DNA from: Chiloscyllium plagiosum
Taxonomy: Eukaryota
Assembly (NCBI RefSeq): GCF_004010195.1
Contig: NC_057718.1
Span: 9,136,700-9,200,699, forward strand
Length of the DNA stretch: 64,000 nt
Reading direction: 5' to 3'
Shown: positions 39,084 through 51,890 of the stretch, in pieces
Layout of the letters: each line of letters starts with the position of its first letter
Position numbering within the stretch: the stretch's first letter is position 1
Program-made: the position numbers and the translations under genes
The notes under the pieces: generated by a model
What the model was told of the DNA's origin: nothing
Databases searched by the model: none
Seen by the model: the letters and a program-made list of their open reading frames with translations, nothing else

Positions 39084-40119
39084 AAGGTGTACACACATGT
39101 CCTTCGAGGTGATGGGGGTCACGGGTTTAGGAGATGCGGTACAGAGAACCTTAGTGAGTTGCTATTGCTGATGGAACATACCTCAGTGATGGGGGTAGGT
39201 GTTTAATGAATAACTTATAAACATTTATAAAATCACGAGGGGTTAAGGTGAATGCCAGGTGTCTTTTACCTAGCTTGGGGGATTTCAAGACTAGGGGCAT
39301 ATATTTAAGGTGAGAGTTAGTGAATTGGCAGTGCTAGGTTGCCTATAGCCTTCAGGGATGTGTAGGTTAGGTGCATTAGTCATGGGGAATGCAGGGTTAC
39401 AGAGATGGGATATGGGGAGTGGTCCAGATGGGATGCTCTTTGGAAGAGGTTGGTTGGACTTGTTGGGCTGAATCCAGCTGTAGGAATTCTAACAGAGGAG
39501 AAAGATTTTAAAAAGACATGAGGGGCAACATTTGTACATAGAGAGTGGCTCATGTGTGGAATGAACTTCCAGAGGAAGTGGTGGATGAGGGTACAGTTGC
39601 AAAGTTTAAAAGACACTTGGGTAATCACATGAATAAGATACGTTTGGAGGGATATGGGCCAAGAGCAGGCAGGTGGGACTAGTTTAGTTTGGGATTGGGG
39701 TCAGCATGGACTGGTCAGATTCAAGGGTCTGTTTCCTTGTTGTGTGACTCTATGAAATGGCTGACAGTCACGCGGATTGGTTTATCATACATCAGTGGTT
39801 GCAGTTATCGGTTATTGTTGGAACTGCATCCATCCAAGCACATGGAAAGCATTCCACATAGTCCTGATTTCCAGCTTTCCCCTCGGTCTCTGGGAATGGC
39901 TCAATATTTGCCCAAGGTATCAGCTTCACATTCACACTTTCACATGGGGGAGACACACTAAGACACTGGCTGAGCACTCACAAGGAGATACATGTGACTC
40001 TCTCCCACATGAAGGAGATCTGCTTGAAACGACAGACAGACACATCATCTGGGTGAGGTATGAGCAATTCCTAGTGTTTTGGCATGTATATTGAACTGAC
40101 CAAAGATTTTACTATGTCA

Positions 40120-40605
40120 AGGATTCAGAAGAGATATACAAAGATGTTGCCAGGGTTGGAGGATTTGAGCTATAGGGAGAGGTTGAATAGGCTAGGGCTG
40201 TTTTCCCTGGAGCATCGGAGGCTGAGGGGTGACCTTACAGAGGTGTACACGAATATGAGGGGCATAGATAGAGTAAATAGACAAAGTCTTTTCCCTGGAG
40301 TGGGTTTCCCTGGACATAGGTTTAGGGTGAGAGAGGTAAGATATAAAAGAGACCTAAGGGGCAACTTTTTCACACAGGGGGTAGTACGTGTATGGAATGA
40401 GCTGCCAGAGGAAGTGGTGGAGGCTGGTTCAATTGCAACATTTAAAAGGCATTTGGATGGGTATATGAATAGGAAGGGCTAGGAGGGATATGGGCCGGGT
40501 GCTGGCAGGTGGGACCAGATTGGATTGGGATATGTGGTCAGCATGAACGGGTTGGACCGAAGGGTCTTTTTCCGTGCTGTACATCTCTATGACTCTATGA
40601 CTCTA
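40120..40605 (+). mobile_element. CR1 LINE 3' fragment
   Basis: LSYRERLNRLGLFSLE.RRLRGDL..WNELPEEVV; (ctctatga)n tail. Confidence 0.92.
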
Positions 40606-42457
40606 AGTAGTGCTGTAAAAGGCACGTCTTGTCAAAGCCTTTCGTCTTGGATTCATCAGGACACTGTACAAGAAGGGCTTATGCCCGAAGAAGGGCTTAT
40701 GCCCGAAACGTCGATTCTCCTGTTCCCTGGATGCTGCCTGACCTGCTGCACTTTTCCAGCAACACATTTCCAGCACTGTACAAGAATACCAGTTCATGGG
40801 AAACATTTATACTGCATGACAGTTGGCAAGTGAACTCTAGTTGTTCTGATTAAATGGGTATGTTTACTATGGCAATGATTCTACCTATCAGATAGTCCGC
40901 ATTGTTTTGGTTACGGACTGGGAGGAGTGACAGAGGGTTATAGCCCATTCTTGTGGGCATGAATATGGAGGCTGATCCTATGGCTTGTTCGTGCTTCCAC
41001 CAAAGTCAAGTTTCCAGCTCCATTCCATTGTGGGAGGACTTGAGTTTGAGCAATGTTGGCTTTTGGCTGCCTCAGAGGCTGTTCAAAATTCCTACAATTC
41101 CTCTATAATTGACGCTTGGCAATTTCCAGTGAATTCCAAGGACGGGACAGATGTGGGTCTGAAATCTTCATGTTTAGCCCAAGGGAAATGGGAGAAAAAT
41201 TGCAATGTTACCTTATTCCAGTCTGGTCTGTTCAGTTATGACTGGTGGAAGAGTGTTTTAATTGTTAGATAATATGTCAAGGCTATGTTTAAATCACTGA
41301 GTAAAAACACAAGTTTGTAGTAATTAGGACCAAAGGAGAGGTTTCACTGAAAATAACCTTACTATTCTAAGTCTTGACTGAATGGTAAGAGTCCACATTG
41401 TTGACTGAAGATTTTACTAATTGAAGTAGTAGTGAAAAAGACTCACTCCTGTGAGAGATTTTCATCCTGGACTCATCAGGACACTTCACAAGAATACCAG
41501 TTCAAAGAGAACATTGACACTGCATGAGAGCAAGGTGCAGATTCATTGGCAAGTGAATATATTGCCATGGTGAATATATGAAGAGGTGCCAGTGTTGGAC
41601 TGGGATGGACAAAATCAGAAGTCACACAGCACCAGGTTATAGTCCAACAGGTTTATTTTGAAAGCAAGCTATTGGAGCACTGTTCCTTTGTCAAGTGAAC
41701 ACACTATCTCAGAAGTGTGACTTCTGATCGAGAATATACCCATTGATGCTGCTTAATAGTTTTACAGCCACCCCGATGCATCTACCAATTAGAGTCCACT
41801 TACCAACCAATCATGTGAATGGTTATTTCTGTTTGACTTTACTTATTTTCTTGGGCATTTCCTGAACAAAGAATATGTCACAGGTCTTCAGAATGATAGG
41901 ATTAACAAACTGCTGAAAATGTGTTGCTGGAACAGTGCAGCAGGTCAGGCAGCATCCAGGGAACAGGAGAATCGACGTTTCGGGCATAAGCCCTTCTTCA
42001 GAAATACTGTTAAGTTAGACTCCAGGATAGAATTTAACAGTTAGGAGTGAAATCTCCGATTCAAACTCTTTCTCCTCACCCTACTGGGCAGAAGATTTGT
42101 ACTTTGAGTTGCTGCCATGAGTTGTTGATGTTGAGGTGAAGGTGGGATAAAGGAAACCTACAAACGGTGTCTTTTTGGACTTGCAAAAGGCATTTGAAAA
42201 AGTGCCACACTAAGACACACGCGATAACAGCACTTGCTGGAAGGTGGAAGGTGTTAGAATGGGTCGAACATTGGCTTGCTGGGAGGAAATAGGATAAATC
42301 ATTTCCTGATTGGCCTTTGGTCAACTAATAGAGTAGGTCTAGGATCAATGCTGTAGTCTCAATTATTTTCAAGCTACACTGAAAACAAAAAGTGCTTGAG
42401 ATCACAGCAGGTCAGGCAGAATCCATAGAGGGAAAACATGGTAACGTTTCAAAAACA

Positions 42458-42763
42458 TTAGATTAAACTAGATTCTCTACTGTGTGGAAACAGGCTCTTC
42501 GGCCCAACTTGACCACACTGACTCTCCGAAGAGTAACCCACCTAGACCGATGCACCCAACACTATGGGCAATTTAGCACAGCTAATTTACCTGACCTGCA
42601 TCTCTTTGGACTGTGGAAGGAAACTGGAGCACCCAGAAAAAAACCCACGCAGACACGGGGAGAATGTGCAAACTCCACACAGACGGTCACCCAAGGCTGG
42701 AATTGAACCCGGGTCCCTGGTGCAATGAGGCAGCAGGGCTAACCACTGAGCCACCGTGCCACC
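42458..42763 (-). mobile_element. V-SINE inserted in a PLE end
   Basis: V-domain reverse complement ccacgcagacacggggagaatgtgcaaactccacac. Confidence 0.9.
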
Positions 42764-43402
42764 CTTTGCTTGCTCAATCTCCATGGATGCTGCCTGCGAT
42801 CTCCAGCATTTGTTGCTTTCAGTACAGATTCCAGCATCTGCAGTAAATTTGCTTCCATAAAGTATTTTCAATCATTGACTTGGATTTGATGTACGGTAGC
42901 TCAAGTTGCTAGTGACGCAAAACAAAGGAACTAAGTTGCTGAGTCACTGAAAACCAGCCTGGTTTTCCCATTGATATGAGGAGACTGCCACAAGTTATTG
43001 TGGGAATACAGGGCTGAAATGGGTCCCTTGAGGCCTAGCAGTCAAATATGAGGAACAATCCCTTCAAATACGGGACAATTGATCCCCCTGAAAGTAAATG
43101 TTTAAAATCCTGCTGCTCTTTATGGGAAAGTGTGGATTTCCCCCTTCCCCATGCAGGAGCACACCAACTCTTCGCTACCTCCCACATTTGTATTTCCTCC
43201 TCCAGACTTTGTTGTTTCTTTTCTCTCTCAATGCACGTGTGAAACTGCTGGGCATTCCTCCAGATCAGGTTACAGGCCCCTGTAATTACTTGTTTTCACG
43301 TGTCCCAGGCCTTTAGTCAGTGCTTCACAGGAGGTGTCAGCTTAGAGATTCTCTCTCAGCTCTCCAGAGTTGATGACCAAGCTGTTAGTCAATCCTGTTT
43401 TC

Positions 43403-44030
43403 AGTTAAAAATCACACAGCACCAGGTTATAGTCCAATAGGTTTATATGGAAGCACTAGCTTTCAGAGCGCTGCTCCTTCATCAGGTGGTTGCACTCCGG
43501 AAGCTAGTGCTTCCAAATAAACCTGTTTGACTATAACCTGGTGCTGTGTGATTTTCAACTTTGTACATCCCAGTCCAACACCAGCTCCTCCAAATCATAT
43601 TTTCAGTCAGCTTTATGTGTGCCCCACAATGTCTAAAATCACACAACACTAGGTTATAGTCCAACAGGTTTATTTGGAAGCACTAGCTTTCAGAGCACTG
43701 CTCCTTCATCAGTTGATTGTGGAGAATAAGATTGTAAGACACAGAATTTATAGCAAAGGTTTACAGTGTGATGTAACTGAAATTACAAATTGAGAAAGAC
43801 CTGGATTGTTTGTTAAGTCTCATCTTTTAGAATAACCATTTTGGTTTCAGTTCTTTCATATGTAGATCGCAAAACTTTTTTTAAAAGTTACATTCTAGAG
43901 TAAATTTATGCTATAAATTCTGTCTCTTACAATCTTATACTCCACAACCACCTAATGAAGGAGCAGTGCTCCGAAAGCTAGTGCTGTGATTTTTAACTTT
44001 GTACATACCAGTCCAACATGCTCCAAATCA
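43403..44030. mobile_element. Two PLE family-B inverted pairs with hammerhead-like cores
   Basis: Head-to-head repeats of the aaaatcacac...ggttatagtcc...cactagctttc...cttcatcag motif. Confidence 0.8.
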
Positions 44031-44808
44031 CGCTCACAATGTTTCCGAACGATGGAGCCAAGTTTGTATCCACACTGCGGCTAACACGACCTCTCACTAT
44101 CACAAGGAGAAAGTCAGGACTGCAGATGCTGGAGATCAGAGAGAGAGCTTCTTCTAGGAAGGCATCCTTGGAAGAGGATTCGCAGTAGGTTAAAATCTTC
44201 TAGGAGAAAGTGAGGACTGCAGATGCTGGAGATCAGAGAAGAAGGGCTCATACCCGAAACGTCGATTCTCCTGCTCCTTGGATGCTGCCTGACCTGCTGC
44301 GCTTTTCCAGCAACACATTTTCAGCTCTATCACAGTCCACTTCATTACTAGGCCCTGAACAAACGTGGATCAGATTAGTTTAGCTTGATTCAAGAACAAC
44401 TATTTTAAACACAGCAATGAGCCGCACAAGATACATAAGCGGGTCTTTTGTTTGAGGACTTTGGGCAAGTTTCCCTGATTCGCATCGTGGGAGAGACTCT
44501 CCATAATCTGGGAGTAAGGGGTCGCACAGTTAAGACAGAAATGAGGAGGAATTTCTTTTCTCAGAGGGGAGTGAACCTGTGGAATTCTTTATCACAGAGG
44601 GCTGCCGAGGCTGGGTCAGTAAGTATATTCACAGCCGATTTTTAGTCAGGTTTGGAATTAAGGGTGATAGGGAAAAGGCAGGAAAGTGGAATTGAGGACT
44701 ATCAGATGAGTTATGATCTCATTGAAAAGCGGAGCAGACTCGATGGGCTGAATGACCTATTTCTGTTCCTGTACCTATCAACTTCTTTTAAACGAGAGGG
44801 CTAATAAA

Positions 44809-45120
44809 GGACGGCACGGTGGCTCAGTGCTTAACACTGCTGCCTCACAGCACCAAGGTCCCAGGTTCGATTCCAGCCTCGGGTGACTGTCTGTGTGGAG
44901 TTTGCACATTCTCCCCGTGGCTGCGTAGGTTTCCTCCGGGTGCTCTGGTTTCCTCCCACAATCCAAAGATGTGCAGGCCAGGTGAATTGGCCATGCTAAA
45001 TTGCCTGCACTATTAGTGTTAGGAGGGAAATGGGTCTGGGTGGGTTACTCTTCGGAGGCTCGGTCTGGACTGGTTGGGCCGAAGGGCCTGTTTCCACACT
45101 GTAGGGAATCTAATCTAAAT
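44809..45120 (+). mobile_element. V-SINE
   Basis: A/B boxes, V-domain, (AATCT)n tail. Confidence 0.9.
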
Positions 45121-46657
45121 GATCGATGGAGTGTCATGTGGGAAAATGTGTGGTTTACACTTTGGCAGGAAGAATGGAAAAGCCGAATGTGATTTAAATG
45201 GATAGAGGCTGCAAAATGTTGCATTAGAGAGGGACCTGGGAGCCTTTGTACATGCATCATCAAAGGTTAGCATGCAGATTATACACACGTGTCACGAATG
45301 ACATCTGGAATGTGGCCTTTATTACAATAGGCATGGATTGTTCAAGTCCTGCTGCAGCAATACTGAGGGGAGACCACCTCGGAATGACAATGTACATTTC
45401 CGGTCTCTTTAAGGACGGATACACTGGCATTGGAGTCAGTTCAGAGGAGATTCACTGGTTGGGTTCCTGGGACAAATGGATTGCCTTTTAAGGAAAGGGC
45501 TTGAATTTGGAAGAATAATCATATTGAAATTTATCCTCTGAGGAGGCATGGAAGGGGAGATGCTGAGAAGATGTTCCTTCTCGTGAGGCAGTCCAGAACT
45601 CAGAGATATCGTTTCAAAATAAAAAAGCTTCCCCCACCCCCAAGCCCCCCGCATTTTCAGTGGATTTATGGAGAAATTTCTTCTCTCTGAGAGTCACCAG
45701 CAACTGCTCCCAATGATCTTCTGTTTCCGGTGGGTAGGACAGCGGAGGTCTATGCGCAGCAGTGACCTTTGAACCTGGAGGTCATGACCATTGACACATG
45801 CAGAACCTCAGAGAGGACGCTCAGTTCAAAGGGAGTGCTGGTTATCAGGTTCAGCAGACAACAATGGAGGTTGTGTCAAGGAATATATTCAAGCCTGAGT
45901 TAGACAGGATTATGGATGGACAAGGGAGTCATCCGTTATGAGGAACAGGCAAAAAAACTGAAGTTAAGTCCACAAGCAGATCAGCCATGACCTTATTGGC
46001 TGGCAGGGTGGAATCAAGGAGCTGAGTGGCCTATTTCACCACTATTCTTTGTGATATTTCAATACTCACTTTGAGTCACTGATGAAGACTGAATAGTAGA
46101 ATGTTGCACAATTGTAATGATTGGAACTAACAGCATTGATATTGGCACTAAAACCCTTTCATCTCAAGATTCTTGAACTTGTAATTTAATCGAAATTGTT
46201 TTTCTCTGGCTCCTTTAGACCGTAACTGGCTAGCAATACTCAGAGTGAAAGAATGTTGTCCCCTCCCTTACCTGCAGTGCTGAGGTGCATAATGGCCCCC
46301 CTCAAATAGTAACCTTATTAGTACAGCAGTCCACACTGTAGGTCAGGCCACTAATGTACACAGACTGCAATCTGTTTTTAATGATTTATATCCCTGGGAT
46401 GATTAAAAAACATTAATGTCTCCAGGACATGGCTTCCTGCTGAGAGGGCTGGAGGACAATCAGACTCTCACTCTCTGTTATTTTTAGTCACTCCGTTCAC
46501 TGTTTCCCTGACTCCATACGGGTCCATCATTCTGTCAGGAATCTACCAGGCTCACCCACAGACATTCACACACACATACCCATACAGACACTCACCCACA
46601 GACGCTCACACACACAAAGACACTCACACACGCATACACACTTACTCAAACACACAC

Positions 46658-47055
46658 CAAGGACATGCAAGTCTTGGACCTCCTCCTCCACCAAATCAGA
46701 GCCACCTGACGCCTGGAGGAAGAACGCCTCATCTTCTGCCTTGGGACCCTCCAACCACACGGCATCGACATTGACTTCAGTAGTTTCCTTATCTCCCCTC
46801 CCCCCACCTCATCTCAGATCCAACCCTCCAACTCAGCACTGCTCCCTTGACTGGTCCTACCTGTCCATCTTCCACCTCCATCACATTCCCAGCTACCTTC
46901 CCCCAGCCCCACCCCTACCTCCCATTTATCTCTCAGCCCCCAGGACCCACAAGCCTCATTTCTGATGAAGGGCTTTTGCCCGAAACGTCGATTCTCCTGC
47001 TCCTCGGATGCTGCCTGACCCGCTGTGCTTTCCCAGCACCACACTCTCAACTCTA
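46658..47055 (+). mobile_element. PLE 3' fragment: GIY-YIG C-terminus, 3' UTR and hammerhead motif
   Basis: KDMQVL..RLEEERLIFCLGTLQPHGIDIDF; CTGATGAAGGGCTTTTGCCCGAAACGTC at 46962-46989. Confidence 0.85.
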
Positions 47056-47401
47056 AACGGTCCAACCTGTCCATCTTCCTTCCCAGTGATTTATCTTCAT
47101 ATATCTTAGTAATTCATTTCTATAGTTTCACTCTGTCATTCTAAATTTTCTTTTGATTTCTTTCCTAATCTTTTCAGGTCCAGTTAAGAAGCCAAATGCA
47201 ACATTAGCATTCATTTCAAGGGGGCTAGAATACAAGAGCAGAGAAGTACTGCTGAGGGTGCAACAGATCTGGTCAGACAGCTTGTGAGCAGTTTTGGGCC
47301 CCATTCCTCAGGAAGAATGTATTGGCTCTGGAGTGGGTCCAGAGGAGGCTCACGAGAATGAAGTGTAAGGCTTAACATGTGAGGAACGTTTGAAGACTCT
47401 C

Positions 47402-47739
47402 ATAGATTGATAGAATCCTGACAGTGTGGAAACAGGTCCTTTGGCCCAACAAGTCCACACCAACCCTCTGAAGAGTATCCCACCCAAACCCATTCCCCAT
47501 TACTCAACATTTACCCTGGCTAATGCACCTAACCTACACATTCCTGAACACCATGGGCAATTTAGCGTGGCCAATCCACCTAGCCTGCACATCTTTGGAT
47601 TGTGGGAGCGCCCAATGGAATTACACACAGACACAGGGAGAATGTGCAAACTCCATACAGTCGGCCAAGGCTGGTATCGAACCCAGGTCCCTGGCACTGT
47701 GGGGCAGCAGTGCTAACCACTGAGTCACCACGCTACCCC
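47402..47739 (-). mobile_element. V-SINE inserted in a CR1 fragment
   Basis: Reverse-complement head and V-domain; CR1 resumes at ~47740. Confidence 0.85.
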
Positions 47740-47781
47740 AACTCTGTGTCAATGGCATTTAGAAGGATGAGGGGTGATCTG

Positions 47782-48020
47782 CACACACTCGCATACATAC
47801 ACACACACTCAGATGCACACACATACACACACACACACACTCAGACACAGATACAGACAGGCGCACACACACACTCACTCGCACACTCATACACAAATAC
47901 ACACACACACATGCATACACTCTCTCACTCACACACACGCATACACACACGCTCACACAGACACACACACGCTCACTCACACATGCATGCACACACGTAT
48001 ACGCACACACACACACACAC
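47782..48020. repeat. Imperfect (CA)n microsatellite
   Basis: ~240 bp of interrupted CA repeats; source of the spurious HT/CV-rich ORFs. Confidence 0.95.
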
Positions 48021-48511
48021 TTTTTGATGAAGCCCGGCTATTTGTACGACACTGTGAAGATTTGCTAAGCAGCTGATGACCTCGGGGGAACCAAAAAATA
48101 GTAGCGCTGTCAGCAGTGCGAGTGCCAGGCAGAGCGTGGTGTGATTTAGTGTCTGAGTCAGCAGTGCAGGTACTGGCTGAGGAGTGTGCAATCTGATATG
48201 AATAGACACATGTGGTCTCTCTGAAAACTGATCTTCATGCTAACACTGGCATTGGTGCTGAGACTGGAAAGGAGCTCTGGTAAAAGAGCAGCATTGCACA
48301 GCAGAGATGTGCAATTTTTTTCGCCTTGTACACTGTCTGTGCCACATCCCGTCACCCGTGCAATGCAGATAAACGCCCAATCCAAAGATTCCCAAAACAA
48401 GACCACCACTCCAAACGTTGTCACAACGAAGACCAGACAGAAGCTGAGGGCAATCTGCAGAAGGACAGTGCGATAACCCAAGCATCCTGTGTAGTTCAAA
48501 CCCTGCCTGGG

Positions 48512-48855
48512 GCTGGAGAGGTTATAGCTTAGTGGTATTATTGCTAGACTATTAATCCCAGAGACCCAGCTAATGTTCTGAAGATATGGGTTCACATCCT
48601 CCCATGGCAGGTGGTAGAATTTGGTAAACATATTAAAAGAAATTTGGTCTTAAGAACCTAATGGTGATGATGGAACTGTTGCCAATTGTTATGAAAACAT
48701 ATCTGGCCCTTCATGGAAGGAAACTGCTATCCTTACCTGGTCTGGCTTACATGTGACTCCAGACAGCAATGGGGTTGACATGTAAATGCCCTGTGGGCAA
48801 ATGCGGATGTGCAGTAATCCTGGCCAAGCCCTTGATGCCCACATCCTGTGAGAAC
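48512..48855 (+). mobile_element. SINE family B
   Basis: Conserved head, body and tail motifs. Confidence 0.75.
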
Positions 48856-49636
48856 AGAAAGGGGTAAAATGTCAGGTTGTTCAATCACCTGAGAACCCAC
48901 AATCCACGAATGGACGTCAGCTGTCCCACCCCCACCCTCGTTCCGAAGTAGAGGAAGGTAGATGGATCAGGAATGTGATACCTGAAAGGCTGGTGGAGAC
49001 CGATCTAAAAGGGAACTGGGTTGAATCCAAGAGAGTTTGCAGAGTCGGGGGAAGTGGGTCAGGTGGGGGAGGGTGGGGGGAGGGTGGGGGGAGGGCCAAA
49101 GTGGGTGCTGTAAGGCTGCACAAGCATCTTAAGCAAAAGAAAAGGATTTACATTCATATAGCACCTTTCGTATCATCTCTACATCCCAAAGGCCTTCATA
49201 TGCTGTAATGAAGGAAATACAGCAGCTGATTTTCACACAGCACGATCCCACAACCAGTGATAGGAAGATGGCCTGTCATTTTTAGTGATGCTCATTGAGA
49301 GAGAAACATCAGCCAGCATAACCTTTCCTGCTTGCCTCAGGGTGGGGAGTGTTGCCGTTAGAGCTCAGCTGACTTCCTTCCCCTACAACACCCCCCAACA
49401 TTCCCCAGGACCCGGACAGCGGTGATGGCCCCCTCTCCTTGGGAGCTGACTGCTACCTTCGCACCCACCCCCCTCCTCACTTTGTTACCTGGTATAGTGA
49501 CAAAAGGTCTGGAAATGAACCTTCCAGCTCAGCGAGCAAACCGACATCCATTCACAGAAGATTTCCTTTGAGACAAACCCCCCCAAGGGGGTTCCTGACA
49601 GGGAAGGGGCATTTCGAACAAATGAGCTGCACTGTG

Positions 49637-50110
49637 GATGGCACGGTGGCTCAGTGGTTAGCACTGCTGCCTCACAGCGGCAGGGATCCGGGTTCAATTC
49701 CAACCTCCGGTGACTTACTGTGTGGCGTTTGCAAATTCTCCCTGTGTCTGCGTAGATTTCCTCTGGTTACCTCCTACAATCCAAAGATGCGCAGGTTAGG
49801 TGAACTGGCCATGCTAAATTGCCCATAGTGTTCAGGGATGTGTAGGTTAGGTGCATTAGTCAGGGGTAAATGTAGAATAATAGGGGAAATGGGTCTGTGT
49901 GGGTTACTCTTTGGAGGGTTGGCGTGAACTTGTTGGGCCAAATGGCCTATTTCCACTCTGATTCTCTGTCCAGGGATGTGCAGGCTATGTGAGCTAGCCA
50001 TGGGGAATGCAAGGATAGAGTAGGTAGGTCTGGCTGGGATACTCTTTGGAGAGTCAAACGGAACAGAGGGGCTGAATGGTCTGTTTCCACACTGTAGGGA
50101 TCCTATGAGT
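49637..50110 (+). mobile_element. V-SINE(s), with a duplicated or nested 3' half
   Basis: One head and two CR1-like tails (~49955 and ~50100). Confidence 0.8.
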
Positions 50111-51499
50111 TATAAATGCTGGCCCAGCCAGCAACACCCAAGTTGAACAAATAGTCTTGCTTCAATCTGTAAAAAGATCTGGCAACTTTTAGATTCATAA
50201 GGATGTGCGTGTTGCTGGTTTGTTTAGAATTCATTTCCCGTCCTTAGTTACCCAGAGATCAGTTAATAACCAACCCTATTGTTGCGAGTCTGGAATCAAG
50301 TGTACATAAGAGCGTAAGAACTAGGAGCAAGAGAAGGCCATTTGGCCCCTCGAGCCTGCTTCGCCATTCAATAAGATCATGGCTGATCTTTTCAGCTCCA
50401 CTTACCCACCCGCTCACCATAACCCTTAATTCCTTTATTGTTCAAAAAAGTATCTATCTCAGCTTTAGAAACGTTTACTGAAGTAGCGGCAACTGTATGT
50501 GTAGGCCAGACTGGGTGAAAATGGCACATTTCCTTCCCTGAAGGACATTGGTGCACCAGATGGGTTTTTCCAACAATCGATGATGGTCAGATGTTCACCA
50601 TTAACCCAGCTTTCAAGCCTGAAGTTTTTACGGAATTCAAACTTCGCTATCAACCTGAAACAGAATATTGCCAAGAATGGGGAGGTTTGCGTTATAAAGA
50701 AAGGCTGGATGGGCTGGGACTTTTCTCATTAGAGGGTCGGAGGTTGAGAGGTGGCCTGATAGAAGTTTATAAAATAATGAGGGGTATAGATAGAGTTAAT
50801 GGTAGGTGTCTTTTCCCTAGGATGGGGGGAATTCAAGAGTAGGAGGCACATATTTAAGGTGAGAGTTTTTAAAAAGACGTGAGGGGCAAATCTTTTACAG
50901 AAGGAGTGGTTTGCGTGTGCAATGAACTTCCTGAGGAAGTGGTGGATGTTGGTACAGTAACAACATTTGGATTGATACATGAACAGGAAAGGGTTGGAGG
51001 GTTATGGGCAAAAGTGAGGACTGCAGATGCTGGAGATCAGAGTCTAGATTAGAGTGGTGCTGGAAAAGTACAGCAGGTCAGGCAGCATCCGAGGAGCAGG
51101 AAAATCGACGTTTCGGGCCAGAGTCCTTCATCAGGAATGAGGGCTCCTGCCCGATGAAGGGCATTCCTGATGGAGGGCGTTTTGCCCGAAACGTCAATTT
51201 TCCTGCTCCTCGGATGCTGCCTGATCTGCTGTGCTTTTCCAGCACCACTCTAATTTGGAGGGATGTGGGCCAGGAGCAAGCAGGTGGGACTAATTTAGTT
51301 TGGGATTATGATCAGCATGGACTGGTTAGACCGAAGGGTCTGTTTCCATGCATATAAGAAGGGACACTCAATGTGAAACGTTAACTCTGCTTTCTCTCCA
51401 CAGATGCTGCCAGAGCTTTTCCTGCAATTTCTGTTTTCGTTTCAGGTTTCCAGTTCCTTCATGCCTTTTGTTTTTTCTATCTCCTGAGGTGGAATTTGA

Positions 51500-51890
51500 T
51501 CCCACGCCATTTGAAGACCCAGCTGACGAGTCCAGCGGGATTACCCCTGCTCGTCAGATCTCGCTGTGTGGAAATTGCCTGCTGCGTTTCCTGCCTGAGA
51601 AACGGTCAGCGCGATTCGCAAAACGCGCCCTTGGCTGTAAACCGACAGAGGTGTCTTTCTTTCTCCGGCCGGTCGGATTGTAGCCGTGTTGCACAGTGAA
51701 CAGCCAACCGAACCCCGAGACCCGAGCCGAGCATCCCCCAGAGATTCCCGGCCAACAGTCTGCAAGTTTCTCCTCCCTTCCCCCCCTCCCCAGCTCGCTC
51801 CGTACTATCAGAAAAAGCTACATGACGCAGCTCTGCTAGAGTACTGTGCTGGAACAGTACGTACTGAACCATCGATCAGTGATGCCCATT
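51500..51890. promoter_or_regulatory. CpG-rich non-repetitive island, candidate promoter or enhancer
   Basis: Dense CpG (cagcgcgattcgcaaaacgcgc, ccggccggtcgg, ccgagacccgagccgag) in otherwise CpG-depleted DNA; no TE similarity recognised. Confidence 0.4.

Noticed and set aside
47602..48076. His/Thr- and Cys/Val-rich ORFs
   Set aside because: Translations of a (CA)n microsatellite.
48020..48500. Coding exon in a unique island
   Set aside because: No convincing splice-site pair or protein similarity. It may be regulatory (TGAGTCA, CAGCTG present), but such short motifs are uninformative alone.
51523..51557. Hammerhead ribozyme at CTGACGA
   Set aside because: No GAAA follows a stem II; the motif is paired inside a simple hairpin.
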